Positions 32,501 through 43,165 of a stretch of 64,000 bases of DNA are shown piece by piece. Under the pieces are notes generated by a model that was not told the DNA's origin, searched no databases, and was given only the letters and a program-made list of their open reading frames with translations. The DNA lies in the IMG/VR virus record IMGVR_UViG_3300030104_004631, positions 1 to 64,000 of that record; one strand, given 5' to 3'. How positions within the stretch are numbered: position 1 is the stretch's first letter; the number at the start of each line of letters is the position of its first letter. The position numbers and the translations under genes are program-made. The DNA comes from a virus.

Positions 32501-33691
32501 ACTAGAGGTGTAAACTTTAATTATGATCAAAGAGTTATTCTTGATGATGGTCAAAATGACGACAGTGGTGTTTCTACATACAAATTCAATATTGGTGATC
32601 GAGTAATTCGTAGAGTTGAAAGTGCTAGTAATAAAATTGCTAAAGTTTATGATTGGAATGCTAGTACTAGAGAACTGTTGTTAACATTTGAAATTGATGA
32701 ATTAGCATTTATTGATGGTGGTATTCCATCTAGTGAAGAAGCTACAGTTCAATTTGATGCTGGCGTTGCTGCTAGTGCAGGATCCACTGACTCTCCACAT
32801 GTTATTCTTACCGTGGCGGGATCTTCAATTACAACCCTTACAGTCCCAATTTCAACTCTTCAAGATAAAGCATTCCAAGATATTGCGGAAAACGCTGGAG
32901 CAGGAGATGGTATACCTGATCTAGTCAATACAGCAACTGAGTATGAGAACCAAATTAGTTTGGATGGTGGTATTTACAATTCTCTTTATGGTATTGAAGA
33001 AACGCAAGGTGGAACAAATACTACATTATTACAAGTTGGTGATAGCGTTAAAGATGCTAATGTACCATTTAGATATGCAAATATTTCTATAGCAGGTGGT
33101 CTTAGTGAAGGAAGAGAGCACGTTGCTCTTGTTAATATAACATTGGATGCTAATGATGGTAATGGTCAAAACTTCAGTGTTAACGAAGTTCTTACTGGAG
33201 ATATATCTGGTGTCAGAGGAACAGTAGTTTCTTGGGATTCATCAACTAAAGTTCTTCAAGTAAAAGATGTTATTCCATTCAATACTGGTGATGTTAATGT
33301 TGGAGAATCTGGATTGTTATATAAATTTGCTGAAAATAGTACAATTGTTGATGTTGTCGTACAAAATGCAGGAACAAACTATTCTGCAACACCGACAATG
33401 ACATTTGAAGATGTTGGTGATATTAGAGCAACTGGAACGGTCACTATGACAATTGCTGGCGACCAAGTTGAAGGAGTTACTATCACAAATGGTGGATATG
33501 GTTATGTGCAGAGTGTAGACAACTCATATAATCTACACCCATCACTCACCTTCACTAATGCTGGTGGAGATACAACTGGTTCTGGTGTTTTTGCATATGC
33601 AATTATGGGTGGTGAAAAGGTCTCTGGAAATAACGGAGCACAGTATAGAATTAAGAGCATTGAGTATTTATCAACCGTTCGTTCCAAATAG
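29567..33691 (+). CDS. Virion structural protein (1374 aa) with YHYH-like and cupredoxin-like domains
   Basis: HSKIIG.SYDGYPIYGPYG...LDEFNGKF..TPDYPNGTYAYF...YPYVIG; GxGY..P repeats; lies in the baseplate cluster. Confidence 0.8.
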   Translation: MTRTVPGTGASIKPIFDENFGVRAIRVLEGGSGYDASNPPRLTVTGCGTPDADALLYPIIDSDSGQIIHVRVLERGRGYDPLRLQFFPEQETPNVINSFDVNRIWQDHPNSLTSGTFSTDTDRLRIQSDNHPKPTWIQVEAAPSGGPLVDRSFDQTFIYRGGKDVPHPTIRTEQDNKVLGILANGGLLHTPEWGTTGNAPTNFAIDSVKYNYVKGNSVYDTVTEGNVRYYHSSETLDEFKLENGVLEWGKFKQFTWNVKVETGNVAIDVTNVDETLGTVAVGRTIDEIGGNASGEISKVVRNGSNVVTRIYLRQLTGSSFSKNDLCLGSTGFSFKISEDPYTFNAYYIDFGTDAAKFGTFTPGTFYFAPENIIVKQNYLIKFNQSDSTNNNHPIRFSTTADGTHNDTPGTLYYTSTGASSAPATDYESEYAPIFMMNSDETNRIYYYCLNHPNMAGSSGDEGYMIISTDTTAETLTNNYYVENYYGSGGTLDYSRHTDGHSKIIGMSYDGYPIYGPYGYNSSGNAAREVSSHRLRTTAELPGARPVVNTVATTTYTVTVSNGQFLFDGSRPNFLSLGRGKTFIFNQDNASNDGEFLLFSETDGGWHPANSIGTTSYLYELGVTYTLDGSTVTYAAYIAGFNAATQRRIQIVVPATAPDALYIFGYQTSGLGLRTVQSGYILGDLVQDYIYDSSVGTLDEFNGKFAVTPDYPNGTYAYFMTEDGSGNPVYPYVIGRKFYGTPLFEGDAVPEIVQDFPDGAAGDVVLTDSGAVSYIKMNKNGDNYYNTTKARILGGEGTGATGTSTVQTITGLTLLNAGRSYSSAPTVVFEGGGGQDAQGSAKVDTTGKVTSISIADPGEFYQEPPFVLLTGGNGIGAKAVATIDQGVITGITVTDQGEGYTSPPTVIFTRLVNLKRKTRARQANNAKNIYLTGLTKDVTTSASEIYVKNTGAFPGSGEFILDYETISYTSKTDEKFAGITRGVNFNYDQRVILDDGQNDDSGVSTYKFNIGDRVIRRVESASNKIAKVYDWNASTRELLLTFEIDELAFIDGGIPSSEEATVQFDAGVAASAGSTDSPHVILTVAGSSITTLTVPISTLQDKAFQDIAENAGAGDGIPDLVNTATEYENQISLDGGIYNSLYGIEETQGGTNTTLLQVGDSVKDANVPFRYANISIAGGLSEGREHVALVNITLDANDGNGQNFSVNEVLTGDISGVRGTVVSWDSSTKVLQVKDVIPFNTGDVNVGESGLLYKFAENSTIVDVVVQNAGTNYSATPTMTFEDVGDIRATGTVTMTIAGDQVEGVTITNGGYGYVQSVDNSYNLHPSLTFTNAGGDTTGSGVFAYAIMGGEKVSGNNGAQYRIKSIEYLSTVRSK

Positions 33692-33692
33692 A

Positions 33693-33700
33693 CATAAATA
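33693..33700 (+). promoter_or_regulatory. Late promoter-like site (CATAAATA)
   Basis: Intergenic, 26 nt upstream of the gp8 ATG. Confidence 0.65.
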
Positions 33701-33726
33701 AACAAGAGGACAATAGTACCTAGGAC

Positions 33727-35259
33727 ATGGCAGCCCTATTAACTGATCAATTTAGAATTTTCTCAGCGAGAAAATTCATCAAAGCACTTGAAGGACCAGA
33801 TGCAACTCAAAGCGATTCTGCAGCAGGTTCTAATCGAGATAGACTTTATGTTTTTATTGGAAGATCCCAACCTTGGGACAATGAGAACGCACCCCCACAG
33901 GCAGTGGACTCATTTTCGGAGTTTTCTAACTCGTATGATGATATGATCTCTCTTAAGAGAGTTCTTGCTGCTGATACGGTTCAGGTTGTTCGTAGAATTG
34001 ACTGGGTTTCTCCTGAAGAAACTACAGGTGGTTTGGGTTTTACTTATGACATGTATCGTCATAACTATTCTCCAAGTAAAACTGCTGCTTCTGGTGCTAC
34101 TAAATTATATGATGCAGACTTTTTTGTTGTGAATTCACAATATCAAGTATATAAATGCATTTATAACGGTACCTCACCCTCTGATCCTAATGGTAAACCT
34201 TCTACAGTTGAGCCTACTGGCACCAGTACCTCTATTATTACTACTGGCGATGGATATCGTTGGAAGTATATGTACACCATCCCTGTTGCTTCAGTCCTTA
34301 AATTCTTCTCTAATGACTACATGCCAGTCTTTACCAATACTGCGGTAAAGACTAATGCTGTTACTGGAGAAATCGATACTGTTGTTATAAACGCTGCTGG
34401 TTCTGGATATAATAACGGAACTTATGATAACGTTGCTATTAATGGTGATGGTACTGGAGGACGTGTTTCTATCGTTGTTGACGGTGGTAAGATTACTTCT
34501 GCCACAGTGACATCTGGTGGTACAGGATACACGTTTGGTCAAATCAGTATCAATGCTATCACTGGTATTGGAACTGGAACTAGTGGAGAAGTTGATGTTA
34601 TTATTCCTCCTCCAGATGGACATGGATACGATTCAAGTATTGAACTTGGTGGTTTCCGTGTAATGATTAACGCTAAACTCTCATATGATGAGGGTGCAGG
34701 TGATTTCCCTATTGATAATGATTATCGTCGTATTGGATTAGTAACAAATCCACTCAAGTTTGGTACATCAGAACTTCTTGCAGATTTGACAGTTTCTGCT
34801 ACAAAAGCAGTTATTTTCTCTCCGACATTTCAAGGAAATTATGTTCCTGATGAAATTATTACTCAGACTAGAGTTGTTGGAGGTACTAACATTACTGCAA
34901 GAGCAAGAGTTATTTCTTGGAATGCAACAACTAAAGTTTTGAAATATTATCAGAACTCAGTTGATGGTATTTTCCCTGAAGTTACTGGTACACAAAATGA
35001 GTTTGATGGATCTAACGTTATAAGTGGAGCAACTTCAGGTGCATCTGGTCAACCAGACGTAAACTTCCCTGCTGTTCCAAATTCCTCTTCTAGAACTATT
35101 AACAACACTGAATATGATTTGGGTATGAGATTTACTAGTGGATATGCAAAAGCAGAAATTGAACCAAACAGCGGTCAGGTTGTTTATATAGATAATAGGA
35201 GATCAATCAGTCGTGCAAACGACCAAGTAGAAGACATTAAAATCGTAATCGAGTTCTAA
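33727..35259 (+). CDS. gp8: Baseplate wedge subunit gp8
   Basis: LYVFIGR..PW.....PP, VVRRIDW, YDMYR, VYKCIYNG, DGYRWKYMYTI, SG.V.YIDNR..I.RA.DQ.EDIKIVIEF. Confidence 0.93.
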   Translation: MAALLTDQFRIFSARKFIKALEGPDATQSDSAAGSNRDRLYVFIGRSQPWDNENAPPQAVDSFSEFSNSYDDMISLKRVLAADTVQVVRRIDWVSPEETTGGLGFTYDMYRHNYSPSKTAASGATKLYDADFFVVNSQYQVYKCIYNGTSPSDPNGKPSTVEPTGTSTSIITTGDGYRWKYMYTIPVASVLKFFSNDYMPVFTNTAVKTNAVTGEIDTVVINAAGSGYNNGTYDNVAINGDGTGGRVSIVVDGGKITSATVTSGGTGYTFGQISINAITGIGTGTSGEVDVIIPPPDGHGYDSSIELGGFRVMINAKLSYDEGAGDFPIDNDYRRIGLVTNPLKFGTSELLADLTVSATKAVIFSPTFQGNYVPDEIITQTRVVGGTNITARARVISWNATTKVLKYYQNSVDGIFPEVTGTQNEFDGSNVISGATSGASGQPDVNFPAVPNSSSRTINNTEYDLGMRFTSGYAKAEIEPNSGQVVYIDNRRSISRANDQVEDIKIVIEF

Positions 35260-35264
35260 CCCGA

Positions 35265-38200
35265 ATGGCACAAAATACTAACCTAAACGTAACACCGTAT
35301 TACGACGACTTCGATAAAGATAAGAATTTTTATCGAGTGCTGTTCCGTCCTGGATTTCCTATTCAGGCAAGAGAACTCAGTACAATGCAGAGTGTTCTGC
35401 AGAACCAAGTAGAATCTGTTGGAACGCACCTATTCAAAGATGGTGCAATGGTAATTCCAGGTCAAGTTGGTTATGACTTGGATGTTCAGGCAGTTCTTGT
35501 TCAAGAATCTTTCTTGGGTAGTGATGTTGAAACTTATAGAACTCAAATAACTGGAACTATTGTTGAGGGTCTAACTACAGGCGTTAAGGCAAAGGTTTTA
35601 TATAGTATTTCTGCCTCGGAATCAGAAAAAGGTTATATCACATTATATGTTAAGTATATAGATTCTGGTGATACTACTTCTGCCACTGGTCTGAAAACAT
35701 TCCAGATTAATGAACAGTTAATTACAGATAAGGAAATTACTTTTGGATCAACTCTAATTGAGATCGGTACTCCTTTTGCTCAGTTGCTTCCTGTTGCTGC
35801 TACTGCTGTAGGTTCTACTGCATATATTAGTGAAGGTGTTTATTATATTAGAGGTCATTTTGTAAATGTCCCAACTAACTATCTAATTCTTGATCAGTAT
35901 AGTAGCAATCCTTCTTACAGAGTAGGTCTTGAGATTTTAGAATCTATTGTCACTCCTGAAGATGATGAATCTCTAAATGATAATGCTGCAGGAACTTCAA
36001 ATTATTCTGCACCAGGTGCTCATAGATTTAAAATTCAAACACAGTTTGTAAAACGATTAATTACTGATGAAGCAGATAAAGACTTCATTGAACTTTTAAG
36101 AATTAACAATAGTAGGGTAGAAAATTTTGTAGAGAGAACTGAATATAGTGAGTTAGAAAAATCATTGGCTCGTAGAACTTTTGAAGAGTCTGGTGACTAT
36201 GTAATTGATACATTTAACGTTAATATGCGAGAGCATCTTAATGATGGATTTAATAATGGTGTTTATAATAAAGGTCAAAACTCAGATCAAGGTAATCTCG
36301 CTGATGATAATAAATTAGCAATTGAGGTTTCTCCTGGTAAAGCATATATTAGAGGATATAGAACTAACTTTATTAGTCCACGATATGTTGATGTAGATAA
36401 ACCAAGAGATTTTGAAACTCGTCAAAATGGTATTATTAACTTCAATCTTGGTAATTTTGTAAAGGTTTATGATGTTCATGGTTGGCCAGAAATATCTGGA
36501 GATGGTGTTAGTGATGCATATCAAACTCTAAATCTTTATGATGATTGGGCAGCAAATGCAACATCTTCTGTAAAGTCAGGTGCTAATAGAATTGGTAGAT
36601 GTAGGGTAGTTCAGTTACAAAAATCTAGTAGTGCTTTAGCTGCAACATCACCATTTGGAATCGAACCAACTATTGTTGGTGGTGTTTACGATCTCTGGTT
36701 CTTTGATGTTCAGATGTTTACCGTTCTGAATATCACGAATGCAGTAACTTATACTGCAGGTACTAAAATTGTTGGTAAAACTTCTGGGGCGACAGGTTAT
36801 GTTGCAGATACTGGAAACAATACACATTACATCTATCTTGAGCATGTGAGTGGTGAATTTACCAATGGTGAAATTCTGTCTGTTAATAATAGAGATTCAG
36901 GAACCTTAGAGGCAGCACATACTTATCAATTAAGTGATGTTAGATCTTCTTTCGGTCTTGATGGTTCCAGTGCTGTTAGATTTGGTGCAAACTGGATTCT
37001 TAATGATTCTCGTCCTATTGAATCTTCTACAGTAAATATCGATGAGACAACTGGTGATGTTTTAACTGTTGATACTATTGGTGCTGCTGTTGGTGCCAGA
37101 ACTGCAGGAACATATAATATTGCTAGTACTGGTGTATCCACTGATGGATCTGGAACTGGTGCTACCTTTACTATTGTTGTTGATGGTACTGGTGCTGCTA
37201 CTATTACTGTCACTGGCGGTGGTAGTGGATATGTTATTAATGAAACTATTACTGTTGCTGATGCTCAACTAGGAAGTGGTGGTGCTGCAGCGTTACAATT
37301 TGATGTTGCTAGTGTTGGTCGTGAAGATATTACTGGTTTCCGTACAAGATTTGAAAAGGATTTGAGACCAGGTGATGTAGTCACCCCAACACTTTCTGAT
37401 TTGGAAGGTACAAATACTCTTCGTGTTAAGAGAGTTGATCCTACTGCTATTGCAACAACTTCTGGAAATAGAAAGTCTACAGTATTGGCAGGAGATGCTA
37501 TATTTGATTACACTGATCAAACTACTAGACTTGACAATACTTTAAAGGTTGGTACAGTTGCTGCTGGTCAGTATAGTGAATTAGTTAGATTGCGTCCGTT
37601 CATTTTCCAGAAAGATTATCAGAACGGAGAACTTTCTTTTGACCTACCAGAAGATACGATGAAGTCTTTGAGCGATGAATCGTTCTTTGTCTTTAGAAAC
37701 TTTGCATCCAAGACGGTAACTTCAGGTTCTATTACATTTACTCTTCCTGAGACTGAAGCATTTGGTGCATTATCTGGTGATAATTATATTCTTACAATTA
37801 TTGATAAAGGAACTTCTTCAGTGTTTACTGATGGAGAGAACGTAGATATTGATGCACAGGTAGATGCTGGTGTATTATCAACATCTTTTGGTTCTGATAA
37901 TCAGTCTTTCTCAATCAGTGGTCTTACTAATATTGCTACAGTAACTCTTACAGCATTAGTTTCTAAGAATACTGTTTCTAAAAAGATTAAGACTGCTGCT
38001 AAGATGAAGGCATTGAAAGTCATTAAAACTGATATAGATGTTGATACTCAACCAACAGGTCTTACTTATAGTACTCTTTATGGAACTAGAGTTGAAGATT
38101 TAGATGTTTCGTTTGGTGTTAATGACGTTTATAACGTTCATGCAATATATGAATCATATGATGATAATGATGCATCTTCACCATATGTTGTTCTTACTGA

Positions 38201-41200
38201 ATCAGTATTCTTTGCTGCAAGCACATTAATTGTTGGTAAAACTTCTGGTGCTAGAGGTCGAGTTATTTCATTCTCTAACGCAGATTTAAAATTATATTAT
38301 GTTGGTCTTAATGAAATTCCATTCATTACAGGAGAATCTATTACTGGTGAAAATACTGCTGGAGATGCTATCACAGGTATTATTGATGATACTGAGGGTT
38401 CTATTTTTGCAGGAAGTAAAGTTATTACAGATCAGTTTGAACTTGAATCAGGACAGAGAACTAATTTCTATGATGTATCAAAACTAATTCGTCTTCCTTC
38501 TACTGTAGCACCTACAAGACGATTGCTTGTAATTTTTGACTTCTTCTCCCATGAAGCATCTGGTGATTATTTCTCAGCAGAATCTTATAGTGGAATTAGT
38601 TATAAAGAGATTCCTAATTACAAGATGGATGGTTCTATTAAGTATATTAGAGATCAAATTGATTTCCGTCCTGCTATTAAAGAACTTAGAAATGGTTCTG
38701 GAACTGTTAGTGCTCCTTACTATGTCAATTGTAGTACTTTTGACTTTGTTTCTAGGGTATTCAGTACAGCTGGTGGTGCTGGCGGGGCAACTATCTTTGA
38801 TATTATGCAGGTCAACTCTTCCTTTAGAGCAGACTATTCATGGTATCTTCCTAGAATTGATAAATTATATCTCTCTCATGATGGAAAACTAATTGTAAGT
38901 AAGGGTGTTTCTGGATATTACTTGATTCCACCCCCAAAAGTTGAAAATGCGATGCTCTTAGCATCAATTGAATATAAACCATATGTGTTTGATCCAGAAA
39001 GAGATGTTCTGATTTCTACAGAAGTAATCAGAAGGTATACGATGAAAGATATTGGTGATCTTGAGCAAAGACTCACCCACGTTGAATATTATACTTCATT
39101 ATCATTACTCGAATCTCAAGCAGAAAACACCAAGACTTATGACGAGAATGGATTTGATCGTTTGAAGAATGGTTATGTTGTAGATGATTTTACTGATCAC
39201 ACAACTGGTGATGTTCTGAATCCAGATTACAAGTGTTCTCTTGACTTTAAAGAGGGACAACTACGTCCACAACATTACACAACAAACGTAGGACTTGTAT
39301 ATAATGCAGCAGACTCTACGAATATTGTTAAGACTGCTGGTAATGTCTTGATGTTACCTTACGAAGATGTTGCACTTATCACCCAACCTTATGCATCTAG
39401 AACTGAGAATGTTAACCCATTCAACGTATTTACATTCATTGGTCGTATTGACTTAACACCTGCATCTGATGATTGGATTGATATTGAGCGTGTGCCAGCT
39501 CGTGTTGAGAACATTGAAGGAGACTTCTCATCCGTATCTAATGATTTGCAGGTTGATCAGAATGGTTTTGCACCTGTTCAATGGGGATCATGGCAGACTA
39601 ACTGGACTGGTGAATCAGTTACATCAACATCACGAAACAGATCTGCATCTGGTACGTTTGGTGTTGGTCGTCAGTTAGGTTCTCTTGGTCATGGTCAGCG
39701 TCGTCAAGGTCTATTCTATCTACATGAACGTCGTACATTTCGTGTTGTAAACAATCAAGCACGTCAAGGTGTTCGTACAAGGGTTGTTCCTAAGATCGAA
39801 CGTAGATCTTTAGGAGATAGTGTTCTTTCCAGAAGTGCTATTCCTTGGATTAGATCTCGTAATATTGGTTTTAATGTCGATAGAATGAAACCACGTACTA
39901 GAATGTATGCATTCTTTGATGGTGTTGATGTAACTACTTACCTTACTCCTAAAGTAATTGAACTTATTAAGAACTCTACAACAGATTCTAGAACAAATGA
40001 AACTCCTTTTGTTGTTGGTGAAACTGTACTTGGAGAAACTTCAGGTTGTCAATTAAAAGTTGTTGCTCCTGATGATGGATATAAGACTAATCCTTATGGT
40101 AAAGGCACAGAAGTTCTTCCTACATCATATGCTTCTCAAACAGCACTTCTAAATCATGATATAACTGCTATATCTGAAACTGTATCACCAGATTACTTTG
40201 GTAATATGCAAGTTGGAGAAATTTTAGTTGGTCAAACTTCTGGTGCTAGAGCAGTTGTTCAGGATCGTCGTCTTCTAACTGATAATGTTGGTAACTTACA
40301 AGGTACATTCTTTGTTCCTTCTCCCAAGAACGATGCTAATCCACGTTGGGCAACAGGTACTCGCTCATTTAGATTTACAACATCCGATTCAAATAGTAAA
40401 GCAATTGGTGCAGTAGATTCTTCTGCTGACACAACTTACGCAGCAACAGGAACTTTACAAACTGTTCAGGAAAATGTTTTGGCAATTCGTAATGCTGAAC
40501 TTGTTAGAGATACTGTTTCTGAAGATAGAGTTGTAGAAACAACTAGAACTGAAACACGTCAGATTGGTTGGTATGACCCTCTTGCTCAATCATTTATTGT
40601 TGAGGAAGAAGGTGGTGTATTCCTTTCAACTGTTGAAATCTTCTTCAACTCTAAAGATGCTAATATTCCAATCTCGATGCAAATCAGAACAATGGAAAAT
40701 GGTTATCCTACAAAGACAATTCTTCCTTTCTCTGATGTTACTATAACACCTGATCAGGTAGAAATTTCAGAAAGTGCTGCTGTTGCTACTAAGTTTACAT
40801 TCAAAGCACCTGTATACATTAAGTCTTCTGTTGAATATTGTTTTGTTCTTCTGTCAGACTCTAATGAATATAAGGTTTGGATCTCTAGAATGGGTGATGT
40901 TGATATCAGTGGTAATAGAACAATCTCTGAACAACCTTATGCTGGTGTTCTGTTTAAATCACAGAACGCATCTACATGGACTGCTGACCAATATGAAGAC
41001 TTGAAATTTACTGTGTATCGTGCAAACTTTACTCAGACAACTGGAACAGTCGCTCTTAACAATACACCACAAGGTAAAGGTAATGGTGGTATTCACAGGT
41101 TAATTGATAATCCAATTCAGACTATCAAACCAAAACTTGTCCTTACTGCTGGTCCTACTGCTACTCAGTATACCTTTAGTATTGGTGCTCGCTTATTGCA

Positions 41201-42869
41201 ACTTACTACAGGTGCTGGAGCAACCGTAGTTTCTTCTACAACGTCTGGATCTGCTGCAGATACTATTACTGTTAATGATGTATCTGGTAATTGGTTAGCA
41301 GGAACATCTACTACTTTCCTTTTGAGATCTTCTGAAGCACTTGCAACTCAGGTTGTTGGTAGTGCATCTGGAACTTTGGAGGTTGGTGATATTGTTACTG
41401 GTGCAACTTCTGGATCTGTTGGTATTGTTAAGTCTTGGAATGGATCTACTGCATTGGTACTTCATTATATTACTGGAGCATTTACTAATTCCGAAACTAT
41501 AAATGAGACTGGTGGTTGGTCTGCAACTGTAACTTCTTCTACTGAAAGTGGTGATTCCTTCGGTGCTTATCTTTCTTCTGCACCTACTTATGCAAATGAT
41601 GAGAAAGAAATTCTTATATATCATAGAAATCATGGTATGCATCAACGCACAAATAATGTTAAAGTTGAAGGTGCAGTTTCTGAAATTGGTAATACATCCT
41701 TAACTAGTGCATTAGCAGCAGCGGCAACAACAATAACTGTTGAAAATGCAAGTACATTCCATGAAGTTGTAAATGGTGCTGCTATTAGTAATGCAAATCC
41801 AGGATACGTTAAGATTGAAGATGAAATTATCACATACAATGCTATTTCCTCTGATGGTAAAACCATTACTGTTGCTACCTCTGGTAGGGGTACTAACGGA
41901 ACTACTGATGTAACACATGCATCTGGAGCAGTTGTTGAATGCTATAACCTTGACGGTATTCCTCTAGTCGATATTAATAAGACTCATACAAGTATATCTT
42001 GTCCTTGGTTAGATACTTACATGCTTCATCTTAATGGTGTGGCAAATAATGGTATTCGTGCAGGTGGAAATCAAATTTTCGCTTCTCAAAATACACAGTT
42101 TGAAACTCTAACACCTACTGTTTCTGTAATGAATTTACCTGAAACAGATATTACTGCTAAAATTAATACAACTACAGCAACATCTATTGGTAATGGAAGT
42201 GCTGTTGTTGATCAATCATCCTTTGTTAATGATGGTACTTATGAGTTTATAACATTGAATGATTATAACTTCTTCCCCAATCCTAAGATGGTTTGTTCTG
42301 AAGTTAATGAGAATGCTAAACTAGATGGACAAAAATCATTGACTATGCTTATTGATTTATCCACCACAAAATCATCACTTTCTCCTGTTGTTGACTTAGA
42401 TAGATGTTCGTTGATTACAACATCTAATAGAATCAATGCTTGGCCAGGTGGTTCTTCTCCATACGGTCAGCAAAGTGCAATTGATACATCACAAGATGTT
42501 TCTCTTCTACCATTAGGCGATCAGAATGATGCCATTTATATTACAAGACTTGCTCGTTTGATTAGAGAGTCTAGATCAATTAGAGTTGATTTCCAAATGT
42601 CTCGTCCACCAGAGGCAGATGTTAGAATTTACTACAGAGCATTTAGCACTGGAAGTGGTGATGATATCGATTCTATCGGTTGGACACAAATGGATAAACC
42701 TCTTCAGTATGATGATTCTCCTAGTGAAGAAATTCTATGGAAGGATTATTACTACGAGGTAAGTGGTTTGAACTTTAATGCATTCCAACTTAAGATTGTT
42801 CTAAGATCTTCTAACCAAGCGAGAGTTCCTTTACTTGCTGATTTACGTGCAATCGCTCTTGCAACATAA
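35265..42869 (+). CDS. Large virion structural protein, DUF4815/VrlC-like (2534 aa)
   Basis: NLNVTPYYDDFD..KNFYRVLFRPG.P.QAREL, APGAHR, RRYTMKDIG.LE.R...EYYT.LSLLE, DPLAQSF, GVLFKSQNASTW. Confidence 0.85.
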   Translation: MAQNTNLNVTPYYDDFDKDKNFYRVLFRPGFPIQARELSTMQSVLQNQVESVGTHLFKDGAMVIPGQVGYDLDVQAVLVQESFLGSDVETYRTQITGTIVEGLTTGVKAKVLYSISASESEKGYITLYVKYIDSGDTTSATGLKTFQINEQLITDKEITFGSTLIEIGTPFAQLLPVAATAVGSTAYISEGVYYIRGHFVNVPTNYLILDQYSSNPSYRVGLEILESIVTPEDDESLNDNAAGTSNYSAPGAHRFKIQTQFVKRLITDEADKDFIELLRINNSRVENFVERTEYSELEKSLARRTFEESGDYVIDTFNVNMREHLNDGFNNGVYNKGQNSDQGNLADDNKLAIEVSPGKAYIRGYRTNFISPRYVDVDKPRDFETRQNGIINFNLGNFVKVYDVHGWPEISGDGVSDAYQTLNLYDDWAANATSSVKSGANRIGRCRVVQLQKSSSALAATSPFGIEPTIVGGVYDLWFFDVQMFTVLNITNAVTYTAGTKIVGKTSGATGYVADTGNNTHYIYLEHVSGEFTNGEILSVNNRDSGTLEAAHTYQLSDVRSSFGLDGSSAVRFGANWILNDSRPIESSTVNIDETTGDVLTVDTIGAAVGARTAGTYNIASTGVSTDGSGTGATFTIVVDGTGAATITVTGGGSGYVINETITVADAQLGSGGAAALQFDVASVGREDITGFRTRFEKDLRPGDVVTPTLSDLEGTNTLRVKRVDPTAIATTSGNRKSTVLAGDAIFDYTDQTTRLDNTLKVGTVAAGQYSELVRLRPFIFQKDYQNGELSFDLPEDTMKSLSDESFFVFRNFASKTVTSGSITFTLPETEAFGALSGDNYILTIIDKGTSSVFTDGENVDIDAQVDAGVLSTSFGSDNQSFSISGLTNIATVTLTALVSKNTVSKKIKTAAKMKALKVIKTDIDVDTQPTGLTYSTLYGTRVEDLDVSFGVNDVYNVHAIYESYDDNDASSPYVVLTESVFFAASTLIVGKTSGARGRVISFSNADLKLYYVGLNEIPFITGESITGENTAGDAITGIIDDTEGSIFAGSKVITDQFELESGQRTNFYDVSKLIRLPSTVAPTRRLLVIFDFFSHEASGDYFSAESYSGISYKEIPNYKMDGSIKYIRDQIDFRPAIKELRNGSGTVSAPYYVNCSTFDFVSRVFSTAGGAGGATIFDIMQVNSSFRADYSWYLPRIDKLYLSHDGKLIVSKGVSGYYLIPPPKVENAMLLASIEYKPYVFDPERDVLISTEVIRRYTMKDIGDLEQRLTHVEYYTSLSLLESQAENTKTYDENGFDRLKNGYVVDDFTDHTTGDVLNPDYKCSLDFKEGQLRPQHYTTNVGLVYNAADSTNIVKTAGNVLMLPYEDVALITQPYASRTENVNPFNVFTFIGRIDLTPASDDWIDIERVPARVENIEGDFSSVSNDLQVDQNGFAPVQWGSWQTNWTGESVTSTSRNRSASGTFGVGRQLGSLGHGQRRQGLFYLHERRTFRVVNNQARQGVRTRVVPKIERRSLGDSVLSRSAIPWIRSRNIGFNVDRMKPRTRMYAFFDGVDVTTYLTPKVIELIKNSTTDSRTNETPFVVGETVLGETSGCQLKVVAPDDGYKTNPYGKGTEVLPTSYASQTALLNHDITAISETVSPDYFGNMQVGEILVGQTSGARAVVQDRRLLTDNVGNLQGTFFVPSPKNDANPRWATGTRSFRFTTSDSNSKAIGAVDSSADTTYAATGTLQTVQENVLAIRNAELVRDTVSEDRVVETTRTETRQIGWYDPLAQSFIVEEEGGVFLSTVEIFFNSKDANIPISMQIRTMENGYPTKTILPFSDVTITPDQVEISESAAVATKFTFKAPVYIKSSVEYCFVLLSDSNEYKVWISRMGDVDISGNRTISEQPYAGVLFKSQNASTWTADQYEDLKFTVYRANFTQTTGTVALNNTPQGKGNGGIHRLIDNPIQTIKPKLVLTAGPTATQYTFSIGARLLQLTTGAGATVVSSTTSGSAADTITVNDVSGNWLAGTSTTFLLRSSEALATQVVGSASGTLEVGDIVTGATSGSVGIVKSWNGSTALVLHYITGAFTNSETINETGGWSATVTSSTESGDSFGAYLSSAPTYANDEKEILIYHRNHGMHQRTNNVKVEGAVSEIGNTSLTSALAAAATTITVENASTFHEVVNGAAISNANPGYVKIEDEIITYNAISSDGKTITVATSGRGTNGTTDVTHASGAVVECYNLDGIPLVDINKTHTSISCPWLDTYMLHLNGVANNGIRAGGNQIFASQNTQFETLTPTVSVMNLPETDITAKINTTTATSIGNGSAVVDQSSFVNDGTYEFITLNDYNFFPNPKMVCSEVNENAKLDGQKSLTMLIDLSTTKSSLSPVVDLDRCSLITTSNRINAWPGGSSPYGQQSAIDTSQDVSLLPLGDQNDAIYITRLARLIRESRSIRVDFQMSRPPEADVRIYYRAFSTGSGDDIDSIGWTQMDKPLQYDDSPSEEILWKDYYYEVSGLNFNAFQLKIVLRSSNQARVPLLADLRAIALAT

Positions 42870-43165
42870 TGATAGAGGATAATAAACCACACCCCCATGA
42901 TTCTATGCCAATAGCAAATGGCACCAATAGATACGCACCCCCTGAAAAAATGATTGAATTAGAAGAAAACCCAAGACCTGAAGAAGAAATAGCAGATGAC
43001 TGGTTTGAGAATGATACTTATGCTTCACGACATGAATCAACACCTGACTTTGAGAAGGATGCTGAAGAGGTCGTGACTATACATGAGAAGATGTATAGAA
43101 TGGCAAGATCAAAGTACAATCCATTTTCTGTAGGTGGATCGGAGAATATTCATGACTTCGATTAA
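42869..43165 (+). CDS. Hypothetical acidic protein (98 aa)
   Basis: TAATG overlap with the upstream stop. Confidence 0.7.
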   Translation: MIEDNKPHPHDSMPIANGTNRYAPPEKMIELEENPRPEEEIADDWFENDTYASRHESTPDFEKDAEEVVTIHEKMYRMARSKYNPFSVGGSENIHDFD

